From contig CAWFND010000001.1 in the NCBI GenBank assembly GCA_963817095.1, positions 88,920-152,919 of the forward strand: DNA of 64,000 nucleotides. Direction: 5' to 3'. This stretch comes from an uncultured Chloroflexia bacterium (GTDB taxonomy: Bacteria; Chloroflexota; Limnocylindria; Limnocylindrales; CSP1-4). The notes beneath the pieces are model-generated. The model made no database searches, was not told the origin of the DNA, and saw only the letters and a list, made by a program, of their open reading frames with translations. This document shows positions 21,059-29,396 of this stretch, in pieces. The stretch's first letter is position 1, and the number at the start of each line of letters is the position of its first letter. Position numbers and translations under genes: made by a program.

Positions 21059-22006
21059 CTACGCCTCGGCCAACTCCTCCACGACCGGCGCGATGTCGCG
21101 CAACCGAGGCTCGTCGAACCACCCGACGAGGAACGAGTTGATGCCCCAGCGTGCCCGGATCCGGATCAGCTTGTCGACGAGGTCGCGAACCGACCCGATC
21201 AACGAATAGGGCGACTCGAGGACGTCCTCGGCGGAGATCGGGAGGCCCGTCCAGCCGGAGAGCCGGCTGGCGGCCTCGCCCGCGACCTTGAGCGGCGCCG
21301 GCGTGATCGTGATGTCGCCGATCAGGCGCAGGACGCTCAGGTCCAGCTGCCCGAACCGCTCGCCCGCCTCCTCCCGGACCCAGCCGACCCGGACGTCGGT
21401 TCGCGTCTCGAAGGCGTCCAGGATCGCCTCGCCGCGCTGGCGTAGGTCGAGCCCGACGATGTCGGCCTCTCGAGCCGCCAGGCGCACGACGCGCTCCCGG
21501 GTGCCGCCGATCAGGAACGGCGGATGCGGCCGTTGGACCGGCTTCGGCAGGCCGTCGAGCGCCGTGATCGTGTAGTACCGGCCGGCATGGCTGAACGGGC
21601 CGTCCGCGAACAGCCCGCGGAGGACCGCGATGGCTTCACTCAGCCGCTCGATCCGGATCCCCGCCCGGTCGTACGCGATGCCGGCTGCGGCGTACTCGCG
21701 CTCGTTCCAGCCCGCCCCGATCCCGACCTCCAGGCGGCCGACGCTGATCGCGTCCAGGCTGGCCAGCTCCTGGGCCAGGACCGCCGGATGCCGCAGGTCG
21801 TTGTTGAAAACCATCGGGCAGAGCCGGATTCGCTCGGTCGCCATCGCGACCGCCGTGAGCAGCGGGATCGGGGCGAGCTGCGATGCGAGGTGATCGTGGA
21901 CGGCGACGTGACTGCAGCCGATCGACTCGGCCCAGCGGGCGCGTTCGGCCAGCGTCCTCCCGTCGACGACGTCGCGGGAACCGACCATGAACCGGAATGG
22001 CCTCAT
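21059..22006 (-). CDS. LLM class F420-dependent oxidoreductase
   Basis: NNDLRHPAVLAQELASLD, GRLEVGIGAGW, PVQRPHPP. Confidence 0.88.
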   Translation of the reverse strand: MRPFRFMVGSRDVVDGRTLAERARWAESIGCSHVAVHDHLASQLAPIPLLTAVAMATERIRLCPMVFNNDLRHPAVLAQELASLDAISVGRLEVGIGAGWNEREYAAAGIAYDRAGIRIERLSEAIAVLRGLFADGPFSHAGRYYTITALDGLPKPVQRPHPPFLIGGTRERVVRLAAREADIVGLDLRQRGEAILDAFETRTDVRVGWVREEAGERFGQLDLSVLRLIGDITITPAPLKVAGEAASRLSGWTGLPISAEDVLESPYSLIGSVRDLVDKLIRIRARWGINSFLVGWFDEPRLRDIAPVVEELAEA

Positions 22007-22043
22007 GCACGCTCCTCGGATCGGCTGGGGTGTCGTTCGGGGC

Positions 22044-22523
22044 TCATCGTTTCTTCCCTCCGAAACCAGGGATGGCCGCGGCCTGTGTCATCCACGACGC
22101 GACCTGCTGCTCGTCGAGGTCGTCCACGGATTCGAGGTCGACGCCGCGCGAGTTCTTGCCCATCCCGATCGGCGTAACTGGCGGGACGGGACTGAGTAAT
22201 GTGCCGCGCCCGAACGTGAGCTTGACGTGGCCGGCGAAGCCGCCGCACGAGAAGCACCAGCCGTCGCCGACGCCATACCACGCCATGCCCCATTTCACCG
22301 AGCGCTGCAGGGCCGGCAGCGTCTCGGCCGCCAGGGCATCGAGGCGTTCGGCGATGGACCGTTGCGGCTGCGGCAAGCTGCTGATGTAGGCGAAGACCGG
22401 CTTGTCGCCGACCGCGGCCTTCGCGGGGCTTGCCCTGCCGGTCATGGCGACCGGCAGCGTCGTGAGGACGTCGCCTTGCACGGCGGTTGGCTTGGTGGGT
22501 GCCTTACGTGTCGGCGACGTCAC
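22044..22523 (-). CDS. DUF1801 domain protein
   Basis: VKWGMAWYG, HVKLTFGRG. Confidence 0.8.
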   Translation of the reverse strand: MTSPTRKAPTKPTAVQGDVLTTLPVAMTGRASPAKAAVGDKPVFAYISSLPQPQRSIAERLDALAAETLPALQRSVKWGMAWYGVGDGWCFSCGGFAGHVKLTFGRGTLLSPVPPVTPIGMGKNSRGVDLESVDDLDEQQVASWMTQAAAIPGFGGKKR

Positions 22524-22620
22524 GGTAGAAGTCCCAGCTGCGAGCGTGGTCGTCGAATGATGGACGGCCGATCGGGTCGAGAATCGTCGGTCCGCGAGCA
22601 GGGGCGGAACTGCCCGGCCG

Positions 22621-23184
22621 TCAGACGTCCCCCTCGGGCGCCTCGATACGCTCGAGCAGCGCCATCGTCGTTGCCCAGCTGCGGATCGTCATCGATTTGT
22701 ACGCCGGCGTCCCCATGATCTTGCCCAGGCGGCTCCTCGTTCGCTGAGCGCTCAGCCGCTGCGAGTAGATCACGCCCTTGCCCGGCCACACCTCGTCGAC
22801 GCCGGGCCGCGGATCGAAGACCTTCATCGCCGTCGGCGTGTCGATGCCCATGAGAAAGACCGCGTCGCTGTGGTACGTGTCGGGCTTGTCGCCGAAGCCC
22901 CTCGGTCGATCCCGGACGACGGCTCGCAGCTGGGCGCGCGTCAGAACCAGGACCGCGATCAGCTCGCTGTCGAGCTTGAACGTCGTGGGGAGTGCTTCCT
23001 CGAGCTCTCGCTTGATCGCGTTCGCCGTGCGGTCGGAGCTCAGGATCACGTTGCCGCTGGCGATGTAGGTGGAGACCTTCGTGTGGCCGTGCAATTCGAG
23101 AAGGTCGCGCAACGCGGCCATCGGCACGTTGTTCCGGCCACCGACGTTGATGCCGCGCAAGAGGATGAGGTATCGGGTCACCAT
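22621..23184 (-). CDS. DUF1697 domain protein
   Basis: LLRGINVGG...PMAALR, TYIASGNV, TIRSWAT. Confidence 0.9.
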   Translation of the reverse strand: MVTRYLILLRGINVGGRNNVPMAALRDLLELHGHTKVSTYIASGNVILSSDRTANAIKRELEEALPTTFKLDSELIAVLVLTRAQLRAVVRDRPRGFGDKPDTYHSDAVFLMGIDTPTAMKVFDPRPGVDEVWPGKGVIYSQRLSAQRTRSRLGKIMGTPAYKSMTIRSWATTMALLERIEAPEGDV

Positions 23185-23246
23185 CGGCGCGAGGATGCCA
23201 CGGTGGACCTCACGAGTGTCGGCCCGGCTGCACGTACCATCGGCGT

Positions 23247-23522
23247 GTGAACAGACCGACACTCCTGGCGATCCTGTCGCTCCCGGCGGCCGCCATCGGC
23301 TATGTCGTGACAGCGACAATTCTGACGTCGGCTCTGCCAGGCAGGGGAGGGCTGGCTGACCTCGTCGTCCTCTTCGTGCCGCTCCTTGTCGCCGGCCTGT
23401 GCATGCTCCCGTTCCTGATCCCATTCGTCGACCGGATGGCCACGCGCGACCTCGAGGCGCACCGCGCGGCGACGATCGACGCGGACCGCGTTCAGCCGGA
23501 TCCCGACGCGCCGGAGGACTGA
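23247..23522 (+). CDS. Small two-TM membrane protein
   Basis: Two hydrophobic helices; TACCAT just upstream of the GTG. Confidence 0.65.
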   Translation: MNRPTLLAILSLPAAAIGYVVTATILTSALPGRGGLADLVVLFVPLLVAGLCMLPFLIPFVDRMATRDLEAHRAATIDADRVQPDPDAPED

Positions 23523-23749
23523 CCGCTCGACGTGCCGTGGTCAGGACGCCATGGCTCGTGTTCATGCGCGAGCCAGACCCGCTCAGGATCGAGTGCGAGC
23601 ACCAGCCGCTGACCTTCGGTGCTCGGCTCGTCGAGCTCGCCGAACCAGACCGCCACGTCGCCGGCGATGACCACCGGATGTTCGCCCGACCCGACGACGA
23701 CTACCTGCGTGCCGGGTGTGTGGCCCGGCGCCGGGATGAGTCGGAGCCC
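23492..23749 (-). pseudogene. C-terminal fragment of an MBL-fold hydrolase (AHL-lactonase-like)
   Basis: GLRLIPAPGHTPG, IAGDVA, WLAH; HxHxDH N-terminal half missing. Confidence 0.75.
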
Positions 23750-23987
23750 ATTCAGTGCTGAAGAAGCGACCATCTTGGTCTACTGGCTTGGAAAACAATG
23801 TCTGATGCCAAAGACGCCGAATGACAAACTGGGTAACAAGTCGTTCGCAACGAAGAAGCCCGAACTCGAAGCATCGCAGTTCGTTCTCACACAGGAGATC
23901 GGTGCAAACGCGACATGGACGCCCGCCCAGATCCGCGAACGACAGACGCGCCTGGCAGCGCTGGCGATCTCGGCATGGGCGAAGTAG
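23750..23987 (+). pseudogene. C-terminal fragment of a GmrSD/DUF1524-type nuclease
   Basis: LGKQCLM...NDKLGNKSFATKK...SQFVLT...WTPAQIRERQTRLA...W; visibly more AT-rich; no start, and the HNH His motif is absent. Confidence 0.75.
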
Positions 23988-24010
23988 ACATAACTTCTCT
24001 TATCGGAAGT
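23983..24010 (-). other. dif-type XerC/XerD recombination site
   Basis: Minus strand ACTTCCGATAA-GAGAAG-TTATGTCTACT: 11+6+11 architecture with the canonical ATAA/TTATGT inner ends. Confidence 0.85.
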
Positions 24011-24057
24011 AGTACAGAGTCTGCTCGAACAACGCCTGGAACCGGCTCTCGGGACCT

Positions 24058-24435
24058 TCAGGCTGGGAGGACGGGCGCGTCGTAGCGGTCGAACGCCTCG
24101 TCGCGCGACACGATCGTGGCATCGAGGCGCGCAGCCTGCGCAATGAGCATTCGGTCGAACGGATCGCGGTGATGCGGCGGTAGTGCGGCGGCGCGCTCCG
24201 CGTCAGAGGCCGTGATCGGCAGCGTGGCGAAGCCCGCGAGCTCGACGGCCTCCGCCAGTCGAGGCGGTGCAGCGAGCTTGCCGAGGTGACGCTTGATCTC
24301 TACCTCCCAGACGGTCGCGGCCGAGACGAGGACGTCATTGGCCGGATCGGCGATCGATCGGCGTGCGGCGCCGTCCAGGTTCGGGTCGTCGGCCAACCAC
24401 CACAGGAGCGCGTGAGCGTCGAGGAGGAGGATCAC
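24058..24435 (-). CDS. vapC: VapC PIN-domain toxin
   Basis: LLLDAHALLWW, SAATVWE, HRDPFDRMLIAQA. Confidence 0.93.
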   Translation of the reverse strand: MILLLDAHALLWWLADDPNLDGAARRSIADPANDVLVSAATVWEVEIKRHLGKLAAPPRLAEAVELAGFATLPITASDAERAAALPPHHRDPFDRMLIAQAARLDATIVSRDEAFDRYDAPVLPA

Positions 24436-24665
24436 CGCTCGAACATGTCCTGGATCTCGGCGTCGACCGAGTCGAAGTCCGGTCCGATGACGACCTGTCC
24501 GCGCCACAGGCCGGGCTCCCTGGGACGGCTGCGGGTGCGATACGGCACGAGCCGCGCCACCGGCCGTCCCGCCCGGGCCAGGACGATCTCCTCACCGGCC
24601 TCGACCCGCTCCACAAGACGCGAGAGGTGCGTCTTCGCCTCGTGGATGTTCACGGAGTCGGCCAT
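24432..24665 (-). CDS. Phd/YefM family antitoxin
   Basis: VNIHEAKTHLSRLVERVEAGEEIVLARAGRPVARL; GTGA overlap with the toxin. Confidence 0.93.
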   Translation of the reverse strand: MADSVNIHEAKTHLSRLVERVEAGEEIVLARAGRPVARLVPYRTRSRPREPGLWRGQVVIGPDFDSVDAEIQDMFER

Positions 24666-24671
24666 GAACGC

Positions 24672-24700
24672 AGGCTAGGCGGTTAGTCCATCTTAGTCAA
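24672..24700 (-). promoter_or_regulatory. Leaderless sigma70 promoter of the TA operon with operator repeats
   Basis: TTGACT-17-TAGCCT-6-ATG; GACTAA repeated at 10-bp spacing. Confidence 0.75.
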
Positions 24701-24752
24701 GTAGGGCGATCCGCCGGCCTCGGATCATGCGAGGATCGCCAGCGGGCAGGGT

Positions 24753-25043
24753 TCAGGGCCGCGCGAACCCGCCCGAGCGAACCCGCGGCGCGACCTTCGT
24801 CGGTGCGGCGACCGAGCCCGGGACACGCGCTCGTGGAGTCATCAGGTCGAAGCGCCACGGCGCCGGCTCGGGCTCGCGGACGACCGGGCCCCGATCCGTC
24901 GAGATGCCTGCCACGAGCGGCGCGAGCAGGATCGCGAGCCCGCTGTCCTCGGAGGTGCCCGCGAGGACGCGGATCGTGGCGGCGATGATGGCCGACACGA
25001 ACACGAACGCGCCAAGCCCGGTCAACAGGGTCCAGATGTCCAT
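24753..25043 (-). CDS. Small membrane protein
   Basis: N-terminal TM helix followed by PVVREPEPAPWRFD. Confidence 0.6.
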   Translation of the reverse strand: MDIWTLLTGLGAFVFVSAIIAATIRVLAGTSEDSGLAILLAPLVAGISTDRGPVVREPEPAPWRFDLMTPRARVPGSVAAPTKVAPRVRSGGFARP

Positions 25044-25225
25044 GGCGACATGCTGGCTGCCGGGGCACGCCCGTCGCCATCGACGAAGGACCGCTTGCCG
25101 GCTGGACGGGCGTCCATTCGACGCTACGCGGCGCCCGCTCGAGGTGTCAGCACACGGAGCTGCCACGGCGTCGGCTCGGGCTCGGCGACGGTCGGGCGTC
25201 GATCGTGAAGCGCCGCTGGAAGGCG

Positions 25226-26122
25226 TCAGCCCCGCTGCACGGCTCCCGCCAGCATCTCATCGAGGATCGGGCCCGCGAGATCGACGAGGAGTGACAGGTG
25301 GCCGTGCTCGGCGAGCAGGTGCGAGCGGGCGTTGCCGACGTGGTCTGCCAGCCAGATCCCGTGGGCGAACGGCACCATCCGATCCTGCCCGCCCTGCCAG
25401 ACGTCGACCTGGCCGGTGATCGCAGCCGGATCGAAGCCCCACGGCCGGGCGAACGCAAGATCGTCGTCGAACCAGCCCCAGATCCCGCTCGAGAGTGCAT
25501 TGCGGATGTCCGCCGAGACGGCCTCGGCGAAGTCGCCGCTGAGGGCGGCATAGTCGACCGGCGGGACGAGCTCGCCGAGGGCGTCGGCGATCTCCGTTGC
25601 CGTCGCGTTCGCGAACCCGGGCGCCGCGGCGGTCAGGAACCGCTCGAGGGCGTCCGGGCCCTCGAGCGCGGCGCCGAACTCCTCGACGTTCTCCGGCGCC
25701 ATCCCGGCGAGGAAGTCGAGCCCGTCGGCGCCGAACGGTGCCACGCCGGCGACGGTCGTCGTCGCCCGGATCCGGTCGGGGATCAGCGCAGCGCATGCGA
25801 GCGCGTGCGGACCGCCGCCGGATGCGCCCATCGTGAAGCAGCGATCGGCGCCCAGGTGGTCGAGGATCGCGACCGCATCGCCGGCGACGTCCGACACGGT
25901 CCGACCCGGCCGTCGCGTCGACGAGGCGTAGCCGGGCCGGGCGAACCCGACGGTGCGCAGGTTCCGGGCCGCGGCCGTCTCGACGAAGGCCGTCGGCAGG
26001 ATCCCGCTCCCGGGCGTGCCGTCGTGGACCAGGAGCACGTCGCCGTCCGCCGGACCGCCGACGCGGCACTCGAGCGCCCGGCCATCCGGCGTGCGAACCG
26101 TCAGAACCTCGAGATCGTCCAT
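25226..26122 (-). CDS. Alpha/beta hydrolase
   Basis: GASGGG nucleophile motif, QDRMVP, HGH. Confidence 0.9.
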   Translation of the reverse strand: MDDLEVLTVRTPDGRALECRVGGPADGDVLLVHDGTPGSGILPTAFVETAAARNLRTVGFARPGYASSTRRPGRTVSDVAGDAVAILDHLGADRCFTMGASGGGPHALACAALIPDRIRATTTVAGVAPFGADGLDFLAGMAPENVEEFGAALEGPDALERFLTAAAPGFANATATEIADALGELVPPVDYAALSGDFAEAVSADIRNALSSGIWGWFDDDLAFARPWGFDPAAITGQVDVWQGGQDRMVPFAHGIWLADHVGNARSHLLAEHGHLSLLVDLAGPILDEMLAGAVQRG

Positions 26123-26278
26123 GAGCGTCCTCGCGCTGCGTGGTCCACGCATGATGGCGCCGATCTCGGGCTGCGATGCGGCGGGCGCCCAGGGATCGAT
26201 CGGAAACCGGCGGACGACTCGGCGGCGTAGGGGTCGTGTGGGACAGGACAACGATGCCCACAGGAGGACCCTCCGACG

Positions 26279-26819
26279 ATGAACCGAATGCAGCTCACTC
26301 GACTGGCCGGCACGCTGCCGGTGATCCTCATCCTCGCTGCGTGCACGAGCAGCGGCGGCGCCACGCCGGTGCCGTCGAGCCCGGACGCCGTGCCGAGCCA
26401 GGCCGCAGCGAGCGCCGCGGCACCCAGCACGGCTGCCAGCCCGGGAGGCTCGGTCTCCGGCGCCGCCGAGAGCTATCCGCTCAAGGTCGCCAGCGGCACG
26501 ATCGCGGGCTCGACCGTGAGCTTCCTGACCGGTGACGACGGCAAGACGCTCTACACGTTCCAGAAGGACACCGCCGACTCCGGCAAGAGCGCCTGCAACG
26601 GCGGACTGCGCGACGAACTGGCCGCCCTACGCCGCCGACGACCCGACCGAGATCAAGGCCGACAGCACGGCGACCGGCAAGCTCTCGATCGTCACCCGGG
26701 ACGACGGCACCAAGCAGCTCGCCTACAACGGGATGCCGCTGTACTACTTCGCCGCCGACAAGGCCGCCGGCGACACCAACGGCGCCGCCCTCCCGAACTG
26801 GGGCGTCGCCAAGCCGTAG
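26279..26819 (+). CDS. COG4315 (Lipoprotein_15 repeat) lipoprotein, frameshift near 26603
   Basis: Lipobox LAAC; GKTLYTF.KD; QLAYNGMPLYYF..D; AGGAGG RBS. Confidence 0.85.
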
Positions 26820-26929
26820 TCCCGACCGGACCTCGGCCGAGGGGTCGGGCGACCGACCCCTCCCCCGCCAACCCTCCCCCGCCGGCTGCGCGCCTCGGAC
26901 GCGGCCGGCGGGTTCTTGCTGTCAGGAGA

Positions 26930-27670
26930 TCACGCCGCGGGTCGACCGACGCCCTCCGGCCCGGCCGATCGGATCCGGCGGATCGCCTCCGCAACGCCGC
27001 CCGTCCACGCCTGGCCGTGGCCCGGCAGGACCCAGGCGGCCTCGACCGAGGCCAACCGGTCGAGCGAGGCGATCGCCTGTGCCGGGTCCGCGGTGAACGG
27101 CGCGATCATCGGGCCGGTCGAGCCGCTGGCGACCGACACCGTGGCGAGCGCGTCGCCGACGAGGAGCGCGTCGCGCGAAGCGACATGGAGCGCCGCGCTG
27201 CCGGGCGTGTGGCCCGGGAGATGGATGACGGTCGGCGACCCCGGGACGTCGAGCGTGGCCCCGTCGCCGTACGTGACGACCTCGCCGACGTGGACCGACT
27301 TCAGTCCGCCGTGTCGCAGGCCGTGCAGGAAGAACTTCAGGATCGGGATCGGCCGGATCGGGCCGCTGTCGCCGCCGGGGTTCTTGATCTCGCCGCGGGC
27401 GAGGGCGGCGTCGAGCTCGTGGATGGACACCGGCAGGTGCCGCTCCGTCCGGGCGCGCTCGGCGAAGCCGATGTGGTCGGAGTGGCCGTGGGTCAGCACG
27501 ACCGCCCGGACGTCGTCGAGGCTCCGGCCCATCGCGGTCAGCTCCGTGAGCAGCTCAGACCAGTCGCCCGGCATCCCCGCGTCGACGATCGTGACGGCCC
27601 CGGCCTCCTCGAGGAGGTAGGCGTTGACCAGGCCGCCGCCGAGCCGGTGGAGTCCCGTGGTGATCCGCAT
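26930..27670 (-). CDS. MBL-fold metallo-hydrolase
   Basis: THGHSDHIG, PGHTPGS, VGDA, LPGHG; CACAAT 6 nt upstream of the ATG. Confidence 0.92.
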   Translation of the reverse strand: MRITTGLHRLGGGLVNAYLLEEAGAVTIVDAGMPGDWSELLTELTAMGRSLDDVRAVVLTHGHSDHIGFAERARTERHLPVSIHELDAALARGEIKNPGGDSGPIRPIPILKFFLHGLRHGGLKSVHVGEVVTYGDGATLDVPGSPTVIHLPGHTPGSAALHVASRDALLVGDALATVSVASGSTGPMIAPFTADPAQAIASLDRLASVEAAWVLPGHGQAWTGGVAEAIRRIRSAGPEGVGRPAA

Positions 27671-27721
27671 CGGCCGATTGTGCCAGCGTCGATCCGGTGA
27701 CGCCGGATTGCGGCGGACATG

Positions 27722-27809
27722 AAAACGCCCGAAGGAACCGTCGATCACTAGTTGCCCCGATCAATGCAAGCACCGACCAGATCACCAGATGTTCGAGGCC
27801 CCTCCGGGC
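27722..27809 (-). ncRNA. Candidate small hairpin RNA, copy A (unassigned family)
   Basis: 13-bp terminal stem GCCCGGAGGGGCC/GGUUCCUUCGGGC, apical GGUG-CUUG-CAUU, U-rich tail, TACTGT -10 box upstream; paralog at 28672-28759. Confidence 0.6.
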
Positions 27810-27816
27810 AAGATCA

Positions 27817-27912
27817 ACAGTAGGGGCCGGCGCGTGCCGCGTCCAGCCACTTATCCACGAGGTTCGTGCCGCGGACCCGACAATTCGCGGGGTTGTCCAC
27901 AGCCTGTGCACG
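27817..27912 (-). promoter_or_regulatory. Promoter with three DnaA-type boxes, copy A
   Basis: -10 at 27817-27822; TTATCCACG 27851, TTGTCCACA 27893, CTGTGCACG 27904. Confidence 0.6.
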
Positions 27913-27943
27913 ATCGTCCCGGCCGACGGGTCCCGAATCGACC

Positions 27944-28645
27944 CTACGAGACCGCGGCCTCGAGCGCGATCAGGGCCTCGACCGCTGCCTCGGCATGGAT
28001 CCGGCCCGTGTCGAGGAACGGGAGGCCATCCACCACGGACTCCGTCAGGAGCAGCGGGAGCTCCGTGCCGCCGAGGACGATGGCCTCGACGCCATCGCGA
28101 TCGTGCAGCCGCGCGGCGATCCCGAGGAGCTCGTCGCGACTCTCCGGGAGGAACCGGCCCTCGACCAGCTCCCCGAAGTAGATCGCCTGGAGCCGTTCCT
28201 GGTCGGCCGCCGGTGGCGTGATGCACGTGATCCCGCGGTCGGCGAGCGTCGGGCCGTAGACGTCTGCCCGGATCGTGAATGTCGTCGCGAACAGGCCGAT
28301 CCGCGTCCGGCCGGCGAGGGCGTCGGCCGTCGCCTCGACGATGCTGACGAGCGGGATCGGGCTGGCTGCCCGGATCTGATCGAAGCCGATGTGCCCGGTG
28401 TTCGAGGCGACGATCGCGAGGTCGGCGCCGGCGCGGGCGAGGCGTCGGATCTCGTCCACCAGGCTGTCCACGATGGCCCGCCGGTCGTCCAATTCGAGGA
28501 GCTCGAAGAAGCCGAGGGTGTCGATGCTGTCGACGATCACCCGGAGCGAGCGACCGGTCCGCCGGCCGTAGGCGTCGAGGACGAACCGGTAGTACGCCAC
28601 GGTCGAGGGTGGGGCGATCCCGCCGACGATCCCGAGGATGCTCAC
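27944..28645 (-). CDS. Aspartate/glutamate racemase family protein (catalytic Cys residues absent)
   Basis: LGIVGGIAPPSTVAYY, ASNTGH, IVLGGTELP. Confidence 0.88.
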   Translation of the reverse strand: MSILGIVGGIAPPSTVAYYRFVLDAYGRRTGRSLRVIVDSIDTLGFFELLELDDRRAIVDSLVDEIRRLARAGADLAIVASNTGHIGFDQIRAASPIPLVSIVEATADALAGRTRIGLFATTFTIRADVYGPTLADRGITCITPPAADQERLQAIYFGELVEGRFLPESRDELLGIAARLHDRDGVEAIVLGGTELPLLLTESVVDGLPFLDTGRIHAEAAVEALIALEAAVS

Positions 28646-28671
28646 CCGCGTTCCGGCGGCCGGGCACAACG

Positions 28672-28759
28672 AAACGCCCGAAGGAACCTCGCTCCCGTAG
28701 CCTCCGCCGTCGATGCAAGCACCTGCGTCGTCACTTTCGGTCTCGTGGCCCCTTCGGGC
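28672..28759 (-). ncRNA. Candidate small hairpin RNA, copy B (unassigned family)
   Basis: Stem GCCCGAAGGGGCC/GGUUCCUUCGGGC, apical GGUG-CUUG-CAUC, U-rich tail, TACAGT -10 box upstream. Confidence 0.6.
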
Positions 28760-28766
28760 AAGACCT

Positions 28767-28889
28767 ACTGTAGGCGGCCGGCGTCGGGCTGCCTAGCCCA
28801 GTTGTCCACGAGTTTCGCGGTTCCGGGGCCGAATCCGCGAGGGTTGTCCACGCTCTGTCCACGAAGTCCCCGGAATTCGTTGTGGACGA
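28767..28889 (-). promoter_or_regulatory. Promoter with three or four DnaA-type boxes, copy B
   Basis: -10 at 28767-28772; TTGTCCACG 28802 and 28844, CTGTCCACG 28855, inverted TGTGGACGA 28881. Confidence 0.6.
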
Positions 28890-28890
28890 G

Positions 28891-29391
28891 TCAGCCGTCG
28901 CGCTCGAGGGGCCACGAAGTGCCGCCGTCGAGGCGCGGCAAGCCGAGGTGGTCGCGGGTAAACGCATCGGGCGGTTCCGACGTCCGGCGCAGCTCCAGGT
29001 CGAGGCTGATCCGCAAGGATCCGAACGGCCGACCGTCAGCCGGGGTCGCCGCGAGGCAGACCGTCGACCCATCCACCAGGACGATGTCGTCCGGCGCCCA
29101 CGGCAGGCCGATCACGTGGGTGACGCCAGCGGTCGTCACGGCGTTGCCGTGGATCGTGCCGTCGCCCTCCGGATGCAGGGTCAGGAGCCCCGCCGCCGTC
29201 GACAGCTCGAGATGACTGAATCGACCGTCCGGATCGAGCTCGAGCAGCAGCGAGGACCGGACGCCGCTCCCCTCCCCCGCCACGACGACCTCGCGCCAGC
29301 GGCGCCCACGGCTCCCCTCGGCGACGGACCACGTCACGAGGGATCCGTCCGGCGCCCGGCCCCGGCCGGCGCGGCGGAGCCAGCTCGCCAC
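28891..29391 (-). CDS. Hypothetical protein
   Basis: ORF directly downstream of hflX; WSVAEGSRGRRWRE. Confidence 0.65.
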   Translation of the reverse strand: MASWLRRAGRGRAPDGSLVTWSVAEGSRGRRWREVVVAGEGSGVRSSLLLELDPDGRFSHLELSTAAGLLTLHPEGDGTIHGNAVTTAGVTHVIGLPWAPDDIVLVDGSTVCLAATPADGRPFGSLRISLDLELRRTSEPPDAFTRDHLGLPRLDGGTSWPLERDG

Positions 29392-29396
29392 GCGGA

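Noticed and set aside
27722-28889. Paired hairpins as integron attC sites, CRISPR repeats, or SRP/6S RNA
   Set aside because: No closing GTTRRRY box or integrase; only two diverged units and no cas genes; no SRP GGAA/AGCAG core; about half the length of 6S.
27851-28889. oriC
   Set aside because: No dnaA/dnaN and no AT-rich unwinding element; a dif site is nearby and core genes point toward this region.
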